From Paraglomus brasilianum (Eukaryota), in the NCBI GenBank assembly GCA_910592345.1, contig CAJVPI010000298.1, positions 1-36,262 on the forward strand: a DNA stretch of 36,262 nucleotides, in the 5' to 3' direction. The position numbers were made by a program, and so were the translations under genes. Positions 11,378-23,386 of the stretch are shown piece after piece. A model generated the notes under the pieces. The model was not told where the DNA came from and did no database searches. It saw nothing but the letters and a program-made list of their open reading frames with translations. The first letter of the stretch is position 1. The number at the start of each line of letters is the position of its first letter.

Positions 11378-12314
11378 GGCGGAAGCGCGGAAAAGAAAAC
11401 GATGAACAATATGACTATAAAAATGGTTCAAATGTATGTTTACTTTAAACATCAGTTGATTATAGATGAGCCTACTTTCTTTTGTAATATATTTTTATAC
11501 TAGTCAAAACCAGTTGTGTACATCCAAAAAATTTTTTTCGTTAGCATTAGGCATTCCAAAAACTTCACTTAAAATAATCGATTCAACAAAAAATAAAAAA
11601 AAATAAAAATAGGAATAAAAATAAAAATAAAATAAGTTTATCCGTTGAAAATCGTCTGTCACGTGGCAGGATAATGAAAACAAACGAATCAAGTTTATTT
11701 ATAATCAAGTTGTTAATCGACCATACATGTACACTATCGTATGTAAATGGAATGTTGGGCCAACTTACACATAGGCGTTGAAGCACTTGCTTTCTTTAAG
11801 CAATTGTCAAATACAGACATGCGTTGTTGGTTTTCTAATAATAAATAACATCAAGTTGTACAATTGGTTAGCCTAAAAAGGGTAAATTTACAGAGGCCTT
11901 TAATAGCGTCATCTTATTATAGCATTTTATTAGTATTTAAGCTTCTGTTAGAATTTAAGTTTACCTGCACTCCAGGACATCTTTTGACCGATTCCAGGTA
12001 TTCGAATTAACGCACTTGGTTAGTATGGCAGATTCACGCATATCACGCTCGTTCTCTAAACTACTTACAGCATAGGCCGAATCGATATATACGATTATTC
12101 GTTCGCCAATTGCTTTAAATAGACTAAGTACGCATTGACTCATTGATCGCATTGGTCGCATTGATTGCATTGATTACAATTAAAGATGAAACCCTAAGTG
12201 TAACACAGATCCCCTTGTTGAATAAGAATAGGAATTTGCAACCCGTCACAATAACCGGCGTTGAAATATAAATAAGTGGGTGTGAATATAAGCAAGAGAT
12301 TGTTAGTATTAGAA

Positions 12315-15088
12315 ATGTGTCTATTTGATAGAATATCACTTTTCAAGTATGATCCGAAATTTGGATATAGGTCCTCTAACCTACACAAATATGAGATTAG
12401 TTCCGGGTGTACCGCAATCGATAGTCTAATCAAACAAACCAAAGGACGCTACTCTTCGACGCAAAGAATCATGGTGAGAGATCTCGAATATATCTCTTGC
12501 ACCGAGCTTGCGTTCATAAAAAAGATCCCAGATTATATGGACCACAAATTTTACTCTGCCACCTGGCTTAAAGTTGAATATGCAGAACATACAGAATATA
12601 AGACGGTTAATAAAACAAAGAGTCAAGAATATGTAGTGCTAATATTTCTTGGAGATAAAGATGCGATAACAGAAGATGCAATTAACGAATGTGCCCGGAA
12701 ATACACGTTTTTTCTTAGCTCAGATATGCAACCGTTTGCAAAATCGTTTTCAGACAGATACGGCAGGTTGCTCAAAAAACGTAATTATTCCATTTACGGC
12801 TTTACGAGACACGGAAGCAGCTATTATATGGTTGTTGATTGGCATTTTTATCAGTATTATTTCCTATATGGATTTTGTTCTGCTTGTGGAGTATTGAGAT
12901 GTAGCCCCGTTTGGTGTATTTGTGGCAACAAAGAGTTGTCAACAAGATGGACTAGCCAAAATGAGTTGTTAGACAAGTTTATTAAAGACTCGCAAATACG
13001 GACAAAGACACCCAATGAACCATATTTAGAATGGATTCCCTTTGAGTTTTTTAGACTTAAGGGAAACTTGTACAACCTTGATTCAGTTGTTCACGATACT
13101 TATTATCCATTTTGTGGACTTCCTTCATGTGATGACTTATGGATTAATTTCATTGACATTTCGAATGAAACTATCCAGCAACTTCATGATCAGGTAAAAT
13201 GTTTAAAAAAAATACTTTGATAAAATTGTTGTATTTTAATGTACTAAATGTAATATAAATTGAATTTATATTTAATTAGCTTTGTAAAATGTACCCTGAC
13301 ATATCTTCCAAGAGATATTGGTCTACATTTGGTTTTACTTATAAGCAAGCGACAGGAAAATACCAGCTTGTTACATTCCATAACAAAAGTAACCTCTATG
13401 GGTATTGTTTGGCTTGTGATAATCCATTAGAGAATAATGTATTTTGCAATGGATGCAAATTGCCCCATCCACTTGATTGGACAACTGGAAACAAATCATT
13501 GGATTCATTTATGCAAGAATCGTGGGAACCTGTTAAACATTATACTGACAGTTATTTGACCTGGATTGAATATGCTCAATTATCAAACATCAAAGAAGGG
13601 CAATCTTTGGAACATGGATGCTCCCATTTAGCCCACTGGACAGAAACTTTGCCTCATGGTACTAGACTGAGAAAGCTCAAGTTAAAGAAAATTGACAATT
13701 GTACGGATTCACAAACTTTTGACTTTAATAAGGTAATTGTACTAATGATTGAGTAAACATAAATGTGTTTTTGTCCAACTGTTTTTGTCCATGATAACAA
13801 TATTACTGTCATTTTTTGATGTAGTTATGTGAGCATTACCCAAAAATTTTAAGTCCAGACAATATCTGGATAGTAGGCATTACCCGAAATCCATCAACAA
13901 AGGAATATTTTTTGGCATTCCGCGACCTGCTGTCTGTTATACAAGATTTGAATTACAAAATCAAGGAACACCAGAAAACAAACTCCACCAGATTAAATTG
14001 GATTGACTATAAAGATCTTTACTGGGTAAATAAAGTTGCAGAGGGAGGATATGGTACTATATATTCTGCTTATTGGGTAGGGTCATCCATTATTGGAGGA
14101 AAACAAAAACATGTTGCTCTTAAAAGCTTTAGAGATTCTTGTAACATGATAGAATCATTTTTCCACGAGGTAAGATTTTAACCTCCAGATAAAGCAAATA
14201 CATGACGACAACAGCTAATTATAACTTTTATCGATTGCTTAGTTTTGCTCGCATTTAAGATGTGCGGTCACTTCATCGAATTTTCTCAAGCTTTATGGAG
14301 CAACACAGAATACAAAAACGAAAGAATATATGCTTGTAATGAAGTTTGCAAAAGGCGGCAATCTTACAACATATTTGTATAAAAACATTAACAAAATGAC
14401 ATGGATAACAAAAGCGCAGATTATAGGTAATCTTGCATATCAACTGGATGGTATTCATCAAGAAGGATTAATTCACTGTGATCTTCATAGTGGGAATATA
14501 CTTTCGAGAGAGAAGAAAATCAAGGACGCTCAAAAGAAAAATATAGTCAAGTACACATGGCGATCAACTGATACAGACAACAATTGTGTTTTATACATCA
14601 GTGACCTTGGACTTTCTCAACCGTACGGAGAATCCCGAATAGATGCTAAAGAAATTTATGGCGTGCTTCCATTTGTCGCACCTGAACTCTTCAATACACA
14701 CCGATTTACTCAAAAGTCAGATATATATGCATTCGGTATAATCATGTGTCATATCGCTACTGGTGATATCCCGTTTAGGGATCGGGAATATGATAAACAA
14801 CTGATGGCATCTATCTCGGACGGTTTACGACCGGAAATACCGGATTCGGTACCCGAATCTTATAAAGAATTAGTCAAGAAATGTATTGATGCGGACGTTG
14901 ATGAGCGTCCAACGGCAAGTGAAATAATATCAACTGTGAACTGGTGGTTTGAAGATGAGATCAATTCTGACGATCCTGAAAAAAGACTTTTATGGGAAAG
15001 CATCTACCATAATCGCGATCTTAAACCGATATCAAAGAACAGTGAGAACAAATTTACCAGCAAAATACTCACCAATTCTACTGAGTAA
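12315..15088 (+). CDS. Tyrosine-kinase-like (TKL) protein kinase with tandem N-terminal degenerate kinase N-lobe modules; join(12315..13193,13280..13732,13825..14169,14243..15088), ~840 aa
   Basis: VAEGGYGTIY, VALK, FFHE, HCDLHSGNIL, ISDLGL, YGVLPFVAPE, KSDIYAFG, ERPTASEI. Three phase-0 GT-AG introns link the ORF-track fragments without stops. The start codon is the first in-frame ATG and is uncertain. Confidence 0.88.
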
Positions 15089-15565
15089 CAGGCGCTGTCG
15101 ATTATTTCTTAATTTATAGTGTTCAAGCTATATAGTTTAACGCATACGCGAGTTGCAATATTGCGAAAGTCTCGTAAACTACAATATTAGTTCAAATATA
15201 TTATTTCAATAAACTACTGTTTAATATCAATTTATACACTAACGTTTGCGACTTGTCAGGAGTCTACATATAGAATTGTAAAGTTAGTTATACGGCGCAT
15301 TTCGAGGATACATATTTATAGTAATCAAAACTGAATTCTTAATTACGTACAGATGACAATTTGCGTAAGCGATAAAAGTAGTAAACGTAAAATTGTACGT
15401 AATGCATAGGGTTAAAGAATATTATATATATAATAATGTGCATGAGATAATAAGAGAGACTTCAATACAGAACTTATGTACATAAAGTATATTAATAGAC
15501 CAGAAATTATGTCTTATTACTAATATTAGTATCGTATCGAAATCAAAAAGACCGACCTCTTGTCT

Positions 15566-15960
15566 CATGACATCGAGTTGAGTTATGACAAAGCATTAAA
15601 CGGTATATGGAAATGTCTTTCAAGAGATGATATGTTCATAATTAAATTTACCAGTGCATTATTAACAGCGTATTAAAATAAGCATAATTGTTCCACCAAA
15701 TATGACAAATCAATACGTTTCTTGGAGACAGGTTGCATTTGTGGTTGCTCAAAAAAAATTCCAAGAGAAAATTACGTGAGCCATTTCAAGCTCTATTTAA
15801 TACTATGTCCGAGCAAGATATATTTTTAATGGCCCAGTTGAAAGCAATGAATGGTGGAGAAATAACTGCCAGTCGACGTCTTAATAAGAAAAACACGTAC
15901 TAATAAGAGAACTTGCCAGAAAACGTGTTAGGAATTGGCCGCATTCACTTCGAAAATCAA
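15566..15960 (+). pseudogene. Decayed fragment of a probable transposase-derived gene (resembles the N-terminus of a repetitive Glomeromycota family, possibly Sola-like)
   Basis: Frameshifted peptide HDIELSYDKALNGIWKCLS...KYDKSIRFLETGCICGCSKK / LREPFQAL / SEQDIFLMAQLKAMNGGEITASRRL / LGIGRIHFEN, with stops. The family link is from recall, not a search. Confidence 0.5.
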
Positions 15961-17352
15961 CTTGGTGAGGTAGACTTGGATACTTGTATGATCTACCTAT
16001 TACTAAATTGATTCCACTTGACATGTTAGCTGCCTTTGCCGAGATAGATCATTTGAATATGTAAGAAAATATAGAGAGTACATTATTTAAAGTTTATGAA
16101 ACTGGTAATGAGTTTGTTCTTGAATAAAATGCGTAGCTACATTCGAGCTCTGTTCGTTGGATTCATTGTCAATTTCAGCACCGACATTGTTTCATACTCC
16201 AAATGACTCATGCAGTCGGCAAATGAGGCAAGCTCAACTCTTTGCCGTGATTGCCTTCATTGATAATGATAATGGTATTTAAAAGGCGATAGCCACTTCG
16301 TGACTAGTATCGGCACATGGGATTTCCTTTCCACGGAGGTGTGACTACTACTCAATAAGTTAAATATAATGTCAGTTAGTGATATCTAAACTAGGCTTTA
16401 CCTATTCACGACTCTCCAATAGTCGATCGATAGACGTTAATCCTGGATAAATACTGTTATCCAGCGATGGGATGGTCTATAGTTCAGGGGTGATGTACAA
16501 TTCTCAACGCGTTGCTAATGGGACGAATATTTATCGTAATTGCCACGAGAGTAATCGCGGGACAAGAAGCGAATACTCCTAAACGATATATTACCGTTAA
16601 ACACAGGGAATGAATAATTATTGTATATGCATCAGAGTAAGAGTATAAAGAACTACTCGTTTATTAATAATAAAATAAATTGAATCGAACTATGAGAACA
16701 TTATAAGGCACTCTAATTGTAGCGGAAAAATAAGTCTTTCTGAACTGCCTAAATCTTCTAACTTTAGCTATGCGGGTTACTGCCTAATTCGATCCGCCAT
16801 TATTTCCAACACTCGCTTAGAACTTCATGCATTTCTTTTAATTATTTAATAAGATTTAAAGTCTGCTAGTCTATGATTTTTTTCAAGAAATGGTTGGCAG
16901 CCTGACTAGTAAACGCAAAAATGTAAACAAAACGAAAGATAACAGTTTCAACACACAATTACATGGTATAAATTTATTTTAGGAGAATGCAAATGACAAG
17001 GGATTTTTAATTTTTTGAAGGCACAACTATTATTAACTCATATTTGTTTAATATATATCGCATGTGCTAGCTAGATTGTGCTAATACGAATTTTTTTAGT
17101 CTTTCCCATAAAAAGAAGAATCTGATCCAAAAACCTTTTAGCCAGAGGTGACATAGTGCTGCGGGAAACGTTTATACCTATAAAAAAGGTGACGAAACAA
17201 AATTAAAACCCTTTTGTTTGTCTTCCATCTTTAAATGGAAACCACTGAAATTTTGTCTCACAGTCACACTTGGGGAATGTGAATAAAGAGGTTACAAACG
17301 TGAGGTATTTGCCAAGGCGTGCGTAAGCCTTGCGTCAGCAATCAGTTAGTGC

Positions 17353-17360
17353 TATATAAA
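17353..17360 (+). promoter_or_regulatory. TATA box of UCH gene
   Basis: TATATAAA ends 48 nt upstream of ATG 17409. Confidence 0.5.
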
Positions 17361-17408
17361 TACGCCGAAATCTTTTAGATTTGCGCATTCTTCATTTACG
17401 ATAGGAAA

Positions 17409-18601
17409 ATGACTGAACAGACCAAGAGAAAATCAAAATGGTTGCCGTTGGAATCTAATCCTGATGTATGTATATACTTGCTGCGTTCATCTGTTATTTA
17501 TTCAAGACCAATATCACAATCGAAATCTCATTTGGCAACGCTTCACTGGCTTTTCCTTTGTAGGTTCTGAACGAGGTATAATTTTGGTTACATTACGTGC
17601 TATGTTACTGTCTATTACATTGAACGAGACTTAAAATCTTTTCAGTATGCTCATAAACTCGGCTTATCACCTTCATGGGCTTATACGGATGTATTTGGTA
17701 ATATTACATCTTAATGCTGATGGACGCCGCTGTGTTGCGAATTCAGCGTTAACAATTTCATATGATCTGTCTAGGTCTCGACTCGGAGTTACTGGCAATG
17801 GTCCCTCAACCAGTTGTCTCGGTTCTTCTTTTATATCCGATAACCGCAAATAACGAAGCGTACAGAAAAGAGCAAGCTCAAAAAGAAGAACAAATCATCC
17901 CATCGGATCTCATATTTTATAAGCAGACGATATCAAATGCATGTGGCACTATTGGTTTATTACATTCGCTTGCAAATAGTTTAGATACCATTCAAGGTGA
18001 GCAAGAACTAAATACAAAATTGTAATCAATACAGTTTTTTGAGAATGCTAAGACTACAACTAATCCTTCTGCCAATATTTTGACTCACATAGTTGATGGT
18101 CCATTAAAGAGTTTAATTGAGAAAACCAAAGACGCGTCACCAGAGGAACGAGCTAGAGTTCTTGAGGAAGATAATGCTCTTGCTGAAGCTCATCAGAGTG
18201 CTGGAGAGGCTGGACAGACAAGGGTAATAAGGAGCGCCGCACACGACTAGATTAGTCTTCACAATATGTTATTAATGCAGGTCATTTAAACGTATTAACC
18301 ATTCTTAGGCCCCGCGACCGGATGAAGACGTAAAACTTCATTTCATTTGCTTTTCTCAAAAGAACGGACGCCTTTATCAATTAGATGGACGAAATTCATC
18401 TCCCATAGATCAAGGACCAGTGACGAATCTCCTCGAGGTATGCATACGCGTTAACATCCTTCTCAATTGATACGTCGTAACTAAGCAGACAATTATCTTT
18501 ATTGTGCAAAGGATTCCGCAAAGATAATCAAGAAGTATATGGAACTCGACCCGACAGAGACACAATTCAGCGTTATTGCCCTTAGCGGCAGACAAGATTG
18601 A
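17409..18601 (+). CDS. YUH1: Ubiquitin C-terminal hydrolase, family 1 (peptidase C12, YUH1/UCH-L3-like); join(17409..17465,17564..17575,17646..17697,17775..17996,18093..18223,18309..18437,18512..18601), 230 aa
   Basis: WLPLESNPD|VLNE, DVFGLD...VPQPV..VLLLYP, catalytic KQTISNACGTIGLLH, LHFICF, LYQLDGR and C-terminal FSVIALS. Six GT-AG introns keep the frame. Confidence 0.93.
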
Positions 18602-19771
18602 TGAATGACGTACTCTTGCACAGACGCTTCCTGTTGGCATGTAATCTGAATATCATATTATAACCGAGAACTTGTATTAATAAATCGATCCTTTGTTATC
18701 CGATAATTATGAATTTTTGCTTAATAATTCTTGTCAGTGTTAAAAAGCTCAATTTTTTTTGCGCTCATTCGAGATATTCTCGTCGTTTGAAGAAATTCAA
18801 TAATCTAACATCATTCGGTGAATTATGTACCAAGAACCAAGAACTGAAGAGTACTCACCGCTTGAATAGATGCTTATATCACACGACATTAAAGACGAAA
18901 AACCGGGGTGTTCTTTGTTCTTCTAGCCATTATTCACCGTCAAGCGTATCATCGATGTCTATACAAAGTAATTACTATTAGTCATACATCTGCCATGATT
19001 GTCTTATTAATGCTTTTCAGACGTTTCTTTTACCGAGCTAAACTTTTTCTGCAACATGCCATTACTAAAAAGTATCAGCCACTCGCGATATTGATTAACA
19101 TCCACTTCGATTATCGGAAGAGAAAGGAATGATTGACATTCAGTTTCAAGAAGAAGAAGAAAAAAAATTTTTTGTATTCACATGTCCGATCTCCTTGCGC
19201 AAATCACGAGGAGGTCACGCGGAGAATGATTAAATATCCGACGAGTTAATACGTACGTAAATGGAATGTTTTATTAGAGTGATGAAATTATATTTCACTG
19301 TTGTGGTTACACAACGCATTTATCTCGTTCTGTATTAATAGTAATAGCCATTGCAGACAAAGAAGTCTTTTTGCCAATGAACGCCAGATATTAATATTTT
19401 ATTATTATGCATTGTTTTCGTAATCATTCTTACGGCAAATTATAATATGATGAACTATGTCGTATTATTTACATTCGCGCAAACAGCCCAAACAGTCCCG
19501 CAACCAAATAAGCATGTGTAATCATGCAAGCTTTATTCGTTCTATGCGTATAAACCCAAAATTCGTCTTTTCACGTCCCACGCCATTGGATAAGTCACAC
19601 ACAAACATTGAAACAACCAATCAATTAATAATCAGCTTCTCTCCTTCCACAATATATATATAGCAATAAACATCGAATTCTTACTTCTTTTTGCACTTTT
19701 CCCAAAATTAAACATAACTAATATCCAAACCTTTTAGGACCGTATTCTTCTACAAGGTACGACTGCTCGCG

Positions 19772-22700
19772 ATGTTATCAGCTGCCTCGAATGCAGTCTC
19801 TTCTTTCTCGGCGTCCTTGATGGATGCCATGAGTTCACGAAACCCGTCGGACAGTGAAACTCAAGACGCGACCGCTATTGGATCGGAAGAAGCTACCCCA
19901 CTTTCACAAGCATCGTCGCAAGAAAACGTCGCAGCTCCAATGCCAGATGAGAAACGGAGCTCGACTTTTGTTAACGAGGATCAAACAGAGCGCAAACGCT
20001 CAGATAGTCCTCAACGTCCTTCAAATATTCTTGATTCTGCGCCTGCCCCACTTTCCGCTTCACCTATACAAGCCTTGACTCTGGACCATTTCAACGACTC
20101 CGAAGCGGTCACTCCCACTGTCAAAGATACGACTTCTACATTCCCTGAACGAAGCCCTTCTATATATATTCACAATAACACGCCTCTTCCTATTATCAAT
20201 GGAACAAGCGAGAATTCTCAGGAAACGTCAAGCGAAAAGGGATCGAATGGGTCTCTAAGCATATCTGACAAACAATCAAGAGGAAAGGGACGAAAGAAAA
20301 AGAAACGGCCTGCCGCTGACCGTACATTAAAGCAAGGGACGAACGAGGCTAATGCGAGTCTTGGCGGATTTACTCTGGCTAATCCAAAGCGGAATTCAGA
20401 ATTTCATATGTCTTTTAAGAATTTGCCAGAGGATGATCATTTTATTGATGGTGAGGATTATGACTTCTTATTGACGGGAATTAAAGATTCATCCTCCTCA
20501 AATTTCGAATTTCTTAAGTTGCATAAGCGATTCTATCTCCATTTGCTTACATTATTGCTCTCGTATCTTATCTTTCTGTTTTGGACGTTACAGACTATGG
20601 CTGTGCTTTACAGAAAGAGATTTTGGTGCAAGGAAGACTGTACATATCAATGAATCATCTTACTTTCAATGCGAATATATTCGGCTGGATTACCAATGTA
20701 AGCTTGATGCACTAGTGACATTAAGCATAATTAATTTAGCTGTATTAATGCCATATTTCAATTACCTATTATAGTTAGTCATTCCGTTTTCGGATATAGT
20801 GTCGATAGAGAAGAGAATGACGGCTTTTGTTATCCCGAATGCTATTCTTGTCTCTACTCTGCATAGCAAGGTAACAATCTTTCATTTTATGTTGATGCGA
20901 ATTTTACAGTATATTTATTCCTCTGTTTATATTATTCGCAGCATTTTTTCGCATCCTTCTTGGCTCGTGATACTGCATTCGATCTATTAAACAAAGTATG
21001 GAAACAATCTCATCCAGCACTTATGCTCACACCGTCAACTGAAGATCCAAACGGAATGGAAAGTGAGAGTGCTTGTTCAGCTGAAGAGGCCGAAGAATCC
21101 GATGATGAGTTGGATGGGGAAACTGGTAAGTGTTGCGATGCGGATGTATCGGTATCAGTCACCTATAATGCCAGTGCCTACCTGCAGATCACCATCCACC
21201 TGACCTCTCTGTATTCACAAGTGCGAATTTTCTTCAACACGTATATGTATTATCCAAACAGTTTCAAATATAAAACCGAAACGCAAGAAATTTACTCTGC
21301 CCAAACTTAATCTCGACGCAATGAAATTCCGTAGCGATACAAATTCCGCTGATCAACTAGAACCAGTCGTACGGGAAATCCCTTCAACGGAATCGCCAAG
21401 CGTGCCTGAGAAGCCACCTCCTGAAACGAATGCACAATCAACCCCTCCGTCTCCGAAGAAATTGTTAGTGACTGATTTGAAAACCAAAAGAGGAAGGCGG
21501 AGGTCTAAATCTGAAGCTGCATTGAAGGATCTTAGTTTGAACGGGACACTTAATTCGCCTAATTCGCCCAACTCTGATGGGTTAAGGAGGGCAATAGGTG
21601 AAACGCATTTGCCGGGTGCAAATGTTGGGTTTAAAAAGAGGAGACAATCCAGCGTTTGTGACTGTCTGAAAAGCGGAGAACATCATCCAAATGTCGCTTT
21701 AGATACGACGTTTACAGGCACTGTTGAGAAGATATACAATCTGATGTTTACAAGCGGATTTATGAGAAAATTCCTCGAAGAGAATGAAAAATGTACTGGT
21801 AAGTATGTCCGCGAAAGACAGTTGACAGTCTTGTGCTTATCAACCGATTATTATTAATGCGATTGTTATTTGTAGACATTAACCAAGGTGAATGGGTATC
21901 TGAACCTGATGGCACGTTGGTTCGGACATCGAGTTACATCATGCCACTTAGCGGCTCAATTGGTTAGTCAAACTGCTCAATATATATAGACTTGCTGACT
22001 TTCATGTGCAAATTTTTCGCAATTAACCCGAATATTGATTAATTTCTCGCTAGGTCCGAAAAGCACCAAATGTTATTTAAGAGACGAATGTATATATCGT
22101 GACTTTGATAAGTAAGTGAATTTTAGCTGATTGCTCTTCACTAACAATTCGTTACTGCCGGTGCTTAAATTATTTAAAATTTCAAACCTTTCAGCTACGT
22201 ATGCAATCAGACCACCACGAGAACGCCAGATGTGCCCATGGGAAGTAGTTTTAGTGTGAAGACGAGAAGATGCATCATGTGGGCTGGGCCGAACCAGACG
22301 CGTGTCATAGTCACCTGTGCGGCCGAATTTACAAAGTCTGGTTGGCTCAAAGGTAGTACATAATGAAATACTTGCGACAACGATAGCTTGTTATTATTAG
22401 ATGCTTCTTCCATATAAATGGTAACTTGCACCGCGCCTATTTACACGAATGGGCAGCATCTACTACAAATTTTTGACTAACATTATCTTTTTCCTGATTC
22501 AGGCACAATTGAAAGGGCATGTATCGATGGACAAAAAGAATATCAGAAACGTCTAGCTCACGCAATCAGAAAGTACATCGGAGCTCATCCATCTGAATTT
22601 CAGGACGATATTAAATCGCCAGTCAGAGAGCAATTTGAAGGGTCATCCTCAGAAGAATACAAGGAGCAAGAGACCAATGGCACGGACATGGATATGGACT

Positions 22701-23386
22701 TGTCTGTTTCAAATAGGGCTGGTCGACCTAATAAGCATCGTCTATCATGGTCGACTGGCAATGAGGACGATATAGAAAATCTGTCTCCAACAGCCAAAGC
22801 AATTGCATTGTTGGTTGACATCATTGAAAATATAACTTCTATTGTATCAGCTATAATCGAGAACATGACTATGCCTCGCATGAATTCAATAATAATGTTC
22901 GCATTCATTTTTACGATTATAGTCAACTCATATATGTGGTATAAGATGAATCAACTAAGCGAGAGATTAGACCAAAGACCAGTAGGTCTAAGAAGTGAAG
23001 ACATTCCGTTACTGAACTTTGAATCTATTATGGATGAGCTAACTTTAACAGACAATAAAATTCTCGTAGAATGGCTAAACAGCAGACTAAATAAGGATGA
23101 GCGTGCCCAAATTTTAAATAAAATATCCGCCAAGCGAGAAGCACTACGTACGGAAGACGGTGAAAATGCTACATCAGACGAAACAAGTGATGAACAATCG
23201 GAGAAGGCATCATCTTTTTCAATGGAAAATCCATCAGCAAATAGCTTATATTCTCAGATTGAAGATTTACATCGATTAATACAAGTGGCAGAACTGCGCT
23301 CCAAGAGATTGGTCGACATTGTTAACTTGTCAAAACTTTTGCACAAAAAAGAGGGTAATAAGGATACTGAGAACGAAGAGCTGTGA
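19772..23386 (+). CDS. GRAM + VASt/StART-like membrane-anchored sterol transfer protein (LAM/Ltc family); join(19772..20450,20594..20697,20775..20870,20942..21125,21262..21798,21876..21962,22054..22111,22195..22352,22503..23386), ~928 aa
   Basis: GRAM: KRNSEFHMSFKNLPEDDHFID|DYGCALQKEILVQGRLYISMNHLTFNANIFGWITN|LVIPFSDIVSIEKRMTAFVIPNAI...HFFASFLARDTAFDLL. VASt: GSI|GPKSTKC...TTTRTPDVPMGSSFSVKTR...KSGWLK|GTIERACIDGQ. C-terminal TM IIMFAFIFTIIVNSYMW followed by coiled coil. Confidence 0.9.

Noticed and set aside
12131..12175. (CGCATTGAT)-like 9-bp repeats upstream of the kinase
   Set aside because: Short degenerate microsatellite with no evidence of function.
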